Of a DNA stretch of 64,000 nucleotides, positions 57,692 to 64,000 are shown one piece after another. Source of the stretch: an uncultured Alphaproteobacteria bacterium (GTDB lineage: Bacteria; Pseudomonadota; Alphaproteobacteria; Rs-D84); NCBI GenBank assembly GCA_944389465.1, contig CALXML010000006.1:13-64012 (forward strand). The letters are read 5' to 3'. Within the stretch, counting starts at the first letter, position 1. Each line of letters starts with the position of its first letter. Both the position numbers and the translations under genes were made by a program. The notes under the pieces are model-generated. The model saw only the letters and a list, made by a program, of their open reading frames with translations, made no database searches and was not told where the DNA came from.

Positions 57692-58579
57692 ATGCCAGCC
57701 AAAAAGAAATCTAATGTTGCACGCGATTGGTTTAATACCATTTTTTATGGTGCATTAATTGCAATTGCTTTCCGCAGTTTTTTGCTTGAACCATTTAATA
57801 TTCCATCTGGTTCTATGATACCAACATTAAATGTTGGCGACCATATTTTTGTGGAAAAGTGGCCATATGGATATTCTCGTTATTCTTTCCCGTTTGGTTC
57901 GTGGCATTTATGGGATGGACGCTTTTGGGGACACGAACCAGAAATTGGTGATGTAATCGTTTTTCGTAATCCAATTAATGAATCACAGGATTATGTAAAA
58001 CGCTTGATTGGCAAGGCCGGCGACACAATTCAAATGATAGAAGGTCGCCTGTACATAAACGGTGAAATTGTACCGCGTGAAAATCCGCGTCCATATATAA
58101 TTGCTAATTTGCCAAAATCATTGCGCAGTGCGGGCTATCATATCCCTGAAAAAAACATAATGATAAAGGGTAATAAAATTTGGGTTGATAACCAGCCAGC
58201 GGACTTTAATTACACCATTGAATACAAGGATGATAAATATTGTCATATGAATGGTTGGGATTGTGGTGTATTTTTCGGCACGGAATATACGGAAACATTG
58301 CCAAATGGTGTAAAACACAGTATTGTTGAAATGTCTGATGATGCGCATTTTGATAATACAATGTTATACACTGTGCCGGAAAATCATTACTTCTTTATGG
58401 GTGACAATCGTGATAACAGTGGCGACAGTCGTGCAGATATTGGCTTTGTCCCACGTGATAACGTATTGGGGCCGGTGTGGTTTATATGGTATTCGCATAA
58501 TTATTATTCGCCAATGCTGGCCATTTGGAATTGGGGTAATAAAATGCGCTGGGACAGAATAGGTATGGGGATAGATTAA
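57692..58579 (+). CDS. lepB: signal peptidase I
   Basis: IPSGSM catalytic Ser box, YVKRLIG Lys box, GDNRDNSGDSR box. Confidence 0.9.
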   Translation: MPAKKKSNVARDWFNTIFYGALIAIAFRSFLLEPFNIPSGSMIPTLNVGDHIFVEKWPYGYSRYSFPFGSWHLWDGRFWGHEPEIGDVIVFRNPINESQDYVKRLIGKAGDTIQMIEGRLYINGEIVPRENPRPYIIANLPKSLRSAGYHIPEKNIMIKGNKIWVDNQPADFNYTIEYKDDKYCHMNGWDCGVFFGTEYTETLPNGVKHSIVEMSDDAHFDNTMLYTVPENHYFFMGDNRDNSGDSRADIGFVPRDNVLGPVWFIWYSHNYYSPMLAIWNWGNKMRWDRIGMGID

Positions 58580-58580
58580 A

Positions 58581-59213
58581 TTGATAAAACTGAATTATAC
58601 TTTTAATAATCCACAGTTATTGGAATTGGCGCTGACCCAAAGTGGTGCAGATGCCAAACATAATAATGAACGTCTGGAATTTGTTGGCGACAGGGTTTTG
58701 GGCCTGTCTGTTGCGGCACTGTTGTATAAAATGTTTCCATCAGAACACGAAGGTGAACTGGCGCGTCGCCATGCGATGTTGGTATCCACTGAAACATTGG
58801 CCAGTGTTGCTGTTCGGTTGGGTGTTGCCAAACATATTCGCCATGGCCATATGACCGCCGGCCGCAGCCAGCATATGTACGCCGACGCGATGGAGGCTGT
58901 ATTCGGTGCAATATTCATTGATGGCGGTTTTGATGCGGCACAAAAAATAATTGTTGATATTTGGGGTGAATTGGCGGCCGCTGATATTACCGCACCCAAG
59001 GATGCAAAAACAGCATTACAGGAATTGGTGCAAAAGGCGGACGGGGGTGCGTTGCCGGTATATGAATATTTGGAACCAACCGGCGCATCACATAAACCAA
59101 CATTTAATGTGCGTGTAACGGCAATGGGGCATACCGCCACCGGCAGTGGGGCATCTAAAAAAAATGCCAGTATTGCCGCCGCCGAAGAATTGCTGAAAAT
59201 CCTTGCAATTTAA
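58581..59213 (+). CDS. rnc: ribonuclease III
   Basis: NERLEFVGDRVLG signature and a C-terminal dsRBD. lepB-rnc synteny; TTG start. Confidence 0.9.
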   Translation: MIKLNYTFNNPQLLELALTQSGADAKHNNERLEFVGDRVLGLSVAALLYKMFPSEHEGELARRHAMLVSTETLASVAVRLGVAKHIRHGHMTAGRSQHMYADAMEAVFGAIFIDGGFDAAQKIIVDIWGELAAADITAPKDAKTALQELVQKADGGALPVYEYLEPTGASHKPTFNVRVTAMGHTATGSGASKKNASIAAAEELLKILAI

Positions 59214-59257
59214 TGTAATGGCATATAAAATTAGCGCAAAGTAAAGGATAAAAACGT

Positions 59258-59626
59258 ATGTTTACAATTTTATTAGTATTATTAATTATCGTTGCAATAT
59301 TGATGATTTGCTTGATTTTATTACAGAAATCCGAGGGCAGTGGTATGTCCGGTTCGTCTGCGGCATCTATGTTTGGTGGCGCATTGACGGGGGCGGCGGC
59401 CGGTAATTTTTTAACGCGTGCAACGGCGTGGTTGGCGACAATCTTTTTTGTGCTGTGTGCGTTATTGGCGTTGGTGTCCGCTAAATCAGACGTTGCAATG
59501 CAGCAAAGTGATTTGCGTAATGAATTAATATTACAGGGCGACCAACAGGGACAATCTGCAATACCGGCGGTATCCACGGAATCAGAATCCACAACTGAAA
59601 CAACCGCGCCCACTGAAACGAAATAA
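59258..59626 (+). CDS. secG: preprotein translocase subunit SecG
   Basis: Two TM helices with LLQKSEGSGMSG between them; low-complexity tail. Confidence 0.8.
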   Translation: MFTILLVLLIIVAILMICLILLQKSEGSGMSGSSAASMFGGALTGAAAGNFLTRATAWLATIFFVLCALLALVSAKSDVAMQQSDLRNELILQGDQQGQSAIPAVSTESESTTETTAPTETK

Positions 59627-59629
59627 AAA

Positions 59630-59653
59630 ATCCCACGATTGTGGGATTTTTTT
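59630..59653. terminator. bidirectional terminator
   Basis: ATCCCAC-GATT-GTGGGAT followed by TTTTTT. Confidence 0.8.
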
Positions 59654-59668
59654 ACAAACAAATTTAAT

Positions 59669-59953
59669 TTATTTCCCAGATGTTTTCTTTTTGGTGGTTG
59701 CTTTCTTGGCCGGCCGTTTTCCTGTGGCAGGTTTTTCCGTTGCAGAAACTGTTTTTTTACCAGCAAAAGCATCACGAAATGCGCGATACAAACCAGCCCC
59801 ACAAACATACGCCACCAGTGCACTGGCCGCCGTCAACAGCCCCGGAATTAAACCATCTGAAAAATATGCAAAAAATATAACCGCGACAATCAATACGATT
59901 GTGTACCCCAAATTTTTGCCAAAAACGTTCATAATTTTTTCAAAAGTTTTCAT
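59669..59953 (-). CDS. small membrane protein with lysine-rich tail
   Basis: 94 aa with two TM helices and a KKATTKKKTSGK C-terminus. Confidence 0.45.
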   Translation of the reverse strand: MKTFEKIMNVFGKNLGYTIVLIVAVIFFAYFSDGLIPGLLTAASALVAYVCGAGLYRAFRDAFAGKKTVSATEKPATGKRPAKKATTKKKTSGK

Positions 59954-60000
59954 ATTTATTCCTTTCGCTTGGACGGGTTATATTATATCACATTTTGCAT

Positions 60001-60039
60001 AAAAAATCCACAAAAAACGGTTGCATAATTGCAACCGTT
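60001..60039 (-). terminator. terminator downstream of the 257-aa gene
   Basis: AACGGTTGCA-TAAT-TGCAACCGTT with a T-rich run on the minus strand. Confidence 0.6.
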
Positions 60040-60065
60040 CGGGGAAAGAAAATGAAAATCTGAAT

Positions 60066-60839
60066 TTATAATATTACCTGACCACCAATACGTGCCGTGG
60101 CTGGAATCGGACCAAACGAAGATGATGGTGTCACGTAAATATTGCCAGTAACTGTAAATTCGCCGGCAAATTGCAACATACCCATATCACGCAGGAACAA
60201 GTTACCTTCTATACGCACGCCACGTGGCAGTGTATATTTGCGCATATGCTGCAGATACAGGTTGCCGCGCACAATGTCGCCGTTTTTCAGCATTGTTGCC
60301 GCACCGCGACTGTCAATTATTACATCGCCATACATTACATTGCGCACGCGGGCCGTCTGGCGGATGGCGGTTTTATCTGCTGTTGCACGTGCAACATTGA
60401 TTGGGACATCAACGAATTGACGGGCACAATCTTTTTTCATTGGCAAACTGGCCACGCGTTGCACGTTACGATTACGTACCGCCCGTGGTGCAGATTGTTC
60501 TGTAACGGTTATTTGTGGATTTGCAATTTGTTCTGTGCTGTTTTTTGCAATTATAACAACCGGCTTTTTATTGCAGCCGATAATATCCATAATCAGCATT
60601 GAAAATAAAACGATTATCGCAGATAACAGGGTGATATTAACCAAACCAATTAAATCAATGCTGCGCACCCATTTCCAAAATGCGCGAATCCAGCGGCCCA
60701 TTGCGCGAAATGGCACACAAATTGCATTCCATACGCGTGCCCAAAACGAATTTTTGCGCACTTGCTTTTTTGATTTTTTTGCGCTGCCTTTGCGTTCCAT
60801 ACGACGGGCCGCGATTTTCATTTTCAATGCTTTAAACAT
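60066..60839 (-). CDS. hypothetical membrane-anchored protein with beta-helix-like C-terminal repeats
   Basis: Basic N-terminus, one TM helix, repeated GN(L/I)Y(L/V) segments. Confidence 0.5.
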   Translation of the reverse strand: MFKALKMKIAARRMERKGSAKKSKKQVRKNSFWARVWNAICVPFRAMGRWIRAFWKWVRSIDLIGLVNITLLSAIIVLFSMLIMDIIGCNKKPVVIIAKNSTEQIANPQITVTEQSAPRAVRNRNVQRVASLPMKKDCARQFVDVPINVARATADKTAIRQTARVRNVMYGDVIIDSRGAATMLKNGDIVRGNLYLQHMRKYTLPRGVRIEGNLFLRDMGMLQFAGEFTVTGNIYVTPSSSFGPIPATARIGGQVIL

Positions 60840-60980
60840 CTGCTCACCTTTTGTTTTATTTATAGTTATTATGTACTTAAATTTTTATTTGTCAAGTATT
60901 TTGTCAACAATTTTGTCAAAAAAATAAAAGTGATGTAATATTTGACTGTATCAACGCAATGCAGTACCATGTGGTATACT

Positions 60981-61721
60981 ATGTCATATGGCAGGTTAGT
61001 GTTTGTTTTTTTCTTAACCGGATGTGTGTCTGCAACGAATTGGCACGCACCAGACGATTTTATATACACACCAATTTCAACTGATGCCTTTGAAATTGCC
61101 ACATGGCAGAAAATAACAAATGCCACCGCCCCAATACATATTTATATAGAGGGCGACGGTCATTCCTTTAACGGTCGTGGAATGCCGACGAATGACCCAA
61201 CGCCACATGACACATTTTTACGTGATTTGGCAACCGCGGATACCGCGCCAAATGTGGTATATGTTGCGCGACCGTGCCAGTATATAATGTCACCAACCTG
61301 CACCCAATCTGATTGGACAGATGGGCGTTTTTCGCCACGTGTTATAAATTCAATGGCCGTGGCGGTAAAAAAAATCGCTGCATCCCGCCCAATAATTTTG
61401 ATTGGATATTCGGGTGGGGCAATGGTCAGCGGACTTATTATACAAAATTATCCGGATTTAAATGTAGAAAAATGGATAACAATAGCAGGTGTTTTAAATC
61501 ATTCTGATTGGACTGAATATTTTGGCGATAGCCCGCTGTCACATTCGCTAAACTTGGACGCATTGCCGAATGTGCAACAGGTGCATTATGCCGCAGAAAG
61601 CGATAAAACAGTGCCAATTGCATTAACATATAAATGGACGGGCGGGGCGAATACAATTGTTGTGCCAAACGCAACGCATAACAGTTTTGATAATCTGGTG
61701 CTGGATTTCAATATGGATTGA
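60981..61721 (+). CDS. alpha/beta-hydrolase-like lipoprotein
   Basis: Lipobox FLTGC after ATG 60981; nucleophile elbow GYSGG. Confidence 0.55.
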   Translation: MSYGRLVFVFFLTGCVSATNWHAPDDFIYTPISTDAFEIATWQKITNATAPIHIYIEGDGHSFNGRGMPTNDPTPHDTFLRDLATADTAPNVVYVARPCQYIMSPTCTQSDWTDGRFSPRVINSMAVAVKKIAASRPIILIGYSGGAMVSGLIIQNYPDLNVEKWITIAGVLNHSDWTEYFGDSPLSHSLNLDALPNVQQVHYAAESDKTVPIALTYKWTGGANTIVVPNATHNSFDNLVLDFNMD

Positions 61722-61808
61722 TTTCATATAAAAATAAATTAAAAAGGAAGAATTTTTACAAAAAATATATTGACAAAAATATGATTTTGTACTAAATATA
61801 ACAAAGCA

Positions 61809-62564
61809 ATGAAAGACATAAACATTATACCTATTTTTAATCAGGCGGCCCCAGATATTTGGGACAGTTTTATTAACATTCGTGCGTGTGCAATGCGCGA
61901 AGTTTACAATTATAAATTTACCGCTGACGATTATGTTGTCGCGATGGATGATTTTTGGGATGTTTGGCATAAACAGTGTCCACACTTTGCATTTGGTGCA
62001 TATGATGGCACGGAAATGGTCGGCTTTGTTCAGGGATATTGCATTGATAAAACCGCAAAGTTGGATAATTTATACGTTATGCCAAAATATATGCGCCACG
62101 GCATAGGTGGTAAACTGTTATTAAATGCGGAACGCAGTATTGCGCCATACGCCGATTATATAGAATTGGTATCTTTACTGCATGCACAGAAATTTTACCG
62201 GCAAAATCAATATTTGCCTGTATTCAGTAACGGATATTATAAAAATATAACTGCTGATGCGATGCGTACTGCGGTTGTGCCGGTATTTCATCCAAATGCA
62301 AAAATAATTCGTGAATGTAAACGCATTGCAAAAATGAATTGTTCAGATTTTGTTTTTGAATGCAGCACCAAAAACGCACATATGCCAATGTTTGTGTATG
62401 TTGATACAGATGCGGTTATTCGTGGATTTGTTGTTGGCGATGACAACAATAATAAAATAAATATTACACGCCAATTTATTACGCCACATTTTATGACACA
62501 ATGTATATCCAGCAGATTTGCATCTGCCATACAGGCAATAAATATGACGCGCGGTGGCAGATAA
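61809..62564 (+). CDS. GNAT family N-acetyltransferase
   Basis: LYVMPKYMRHGIGGKLL acetyl-CoA-binding motif. Confidence 0.7.
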   Translation: MKDINIIPIFNQAAPDIWDSFINIRACAMREVYNYKFTADDYVVAMDDFWDVWHKQCPHFAFGAYDGTEMVGFVQGYCIDKTAKLDNLYVMPKYMRHGIGGKLLLNAERSIAPYADYIELVSLLHAQKFYRQNQYLPVFSNGYYKNITADAMRTAVVPVFHPNAKIIRECKRIAKMNCSDFVFECSTKNAHMPMFVYVDTDAVIRGFVVGDDNNNKINITRQFITPHFMTQCISSRFASAIQAINMTRGGR

Positions 62565-63456
62565 TAAAAATAACAGGAAAACAAAAATGGTCAGAAAGAA
62601 GTCTAATTTTGGTTTAATGGATATTCCCTTGTCATGCAGTATGTTTTTGGAACCTGCATTGAACAAGTATGTTCGGAACATAGAACCTTTATCGCGTGAA
62701 ACAAAAAAGTTTGTTCATGAATGGAACTTGGCATTGGTGGATATATTAAAAACATCCAAATACAGTGTACATTTGGGTGACGTTGGTCGTAAAATTTTAT
62801 CCCGCACAATCAGTTCTGAAACATTTCCTGCAAAATGCGTTGATACGGCTAAAAACGTTCCTTTGCATTCGTTGCACTATGCGATACGTTTTTCAGAAAG
62901 TATGAACTTTTTGGCGACCAAAATAAAATCAGGTTCAGATGTAAAATTTGTTGATTTGGGATGTGGTTTTTCACCATTGGCCCCGATTGTTCAATCTGAA
63001 TACAATATCAGCAACGCATACTGCATAGATGATAAACCAGAAATCATTGATGTATATTGTCGTGTTTCAGAAATGGTTTCTGGCAAAACCCCAACCAGTA
63101 TTTCATGGGATGACGCCAAATCAATGGCATCGTCGGATACGTTGGATACAATTGTTGCCATGGGTGTATTGCCGTATATTAATCTGGACGAACAGGTTTC
63201 AATGTTAAAGTTTATAAATTCTAATTTCCCCAACTTTATGGTGGAAATTAAATATAACAATAATTCTGAAACAGCCGGTGAAAACGTATTTGATTTAAAG
63301 CGTTTACAAAAATTACGCTTGGCCGTGGAAAACACAAAAACGTTGGAAACGACAATGATTCAAAATTCATTGCGCTATTTGCATAAATTTATGTGCGCAA
63401 TGCCTGACAAGCGTTACTTTCTGGCCAATGACCGCAGTTTGTTTTTAAGCAGATAA
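62554..63456 (+). CDS. putative class I SAM-dependent methyltransferase
   Basis: Motif I-like VKFVDLGCGFSPL. Confidence 0.45.
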   Translation: MADNKNNRKTKMVRKKSNFGLMDIPLSCSMFLEPALNKYVRNIEPLSRETKKFVHEWNLALVDILKTSKYSVHLGDVGRKILSRTISSETFPAKCVDTAKNVPLHSLHYAIRFSESMNFLATKIKSGSDVKFVDLGCGFSPLAPIVQSEYNISNAYCIDDKPEIIDVYCRVSEMVSGKTPTSISWDDAKSMASSDTLDTIVAMGVLPYINLDEQVSMLKFINSNFPNFMVEIKYNNNSETAGENVFDLKRLQKLRLAVENTKTLETTMIQNSLRYLHKFMCAMPDKRYFLANDRSLFLSR

Positions 63457-63477
63457 AACACAAATTCGCATTCCAAA

Positions 63478-63987
63478 ATGACAGAACAGCAAATCAAAAC
63501 ACGTATAACAGAATTGGCGCAAATGAATGACGCACAATGGGAAAGTCTGTGCAAACAGTGCGGTGTTTGTTGTATGTTAAAACATTCGCGTATTAATGGA
63601 ACTTTTTATGCAGGCGTCGCGTGTAATCATTTGGATTTAAAAACGCGTTTGTGCGATATTTATTCCACGCGTCTGTGCCATCATGTTTTTTGTTCGCGCG
63701 TGGATTTATCGGTTGTTTTGCGCACTGGATTATTGCCTGATTCATGTGGATATATTGAATATATTTATGGACCGGCAACCAACCAAATTAAACCAGATTT
63801 CAACAAAATTATTCATGAACGCGATATGAATGCGACCGCCGATACGATACACAAAAAAACTGCACGCGGCCCATGGAATTTTATTATCCCAGAATCTTTA
63901 TATTGGCGCACCCGCGCAATGGAACTGCGCGATAAATATGCGGATTTCGGTCGTGACATTGTCCGCCGAATGGAAAAACAACATTAA
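63478..63987 (+). CDS. YkgJ-family cysteine-cluster protein
   Basis: CKQCGVCC cluster plus downstream Cys residues. Confidence 0.6.
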   Translation: MTEQQIKTRITELAQMNDAQWESLCKQCGVCCMLKHSRINGTFYAGVACNHLDLKTRLCDIYSTRLCHHVFCSRVDLSVVLRTGLLPDSCGYIEYIYGPATNQIKPDFNKIIHERDMNATADTIHKKTARGPWNFIIPESLYWRTRAMELRDKYADFGRDIVRRMEKQH

Positions 63988-64000
63988 TACAGCAACAGTA

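Noticed and set aside
60016-60039. AACGGTTGCA-TAAT-TGCAACCGTT as another array box
   Set aside because: The half-sites are in the opposite arrangement (GGTTG..CAACC) and form a 10-bp stem followed by a T-run on the minus strand. It is an ordinary terminator.

Overview
AT-rich chromosomal window from a Gram-negative (diderm) bacterium; I cannot assign a taxon. Housekeeping genes (rph, rne, recG, ackA, ugd, tatD, tcdA, ligA, fabI, PBP1A, comM/yifB, lepB, rnc, secG) are interleaved with accessory blocks. (i) A surface-polysaccharide locus (18.7-27.3 kb) sits downstream of a serine recombinase and contains a 1689-aa multi-domain glycosyltransferase. (ii) An 11.7-kb integrative island at tRNA-Asn (31788-43505, 45-bp direct repeats) carries a type IC-like restriction-modification system whose hsdS is split by a G9 homopolymer, so it is likely phase variable. 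(iii) The stand-out feature is a 5.8-kb ORF-free region (45359-51194). It is built from about 50 copies of a roughly 105-bp unit centred on a palindromic CAACC-N3-GGTTG box, and the whole region is a giant imperfect inverted repeat. I cannot place it in any repeat class I know. (iv) A family of small Cys-rich secreted proteins is present. Two of its loci share a conserved 200-230 nt 5' leader with covarying hairpins and terminator/antiterminator logic, a candidate new cis-regulatory RNA. Also present are two tRNAs (Lys-UUU, Asn-GUU), a terminator-carrying dispersed repeat (2 copies) and phased A-tract arrays. I saw no rRNA, cas genes or transposase genes. All calls come from reading the sequence and the ORF track by eye; no database search was run.
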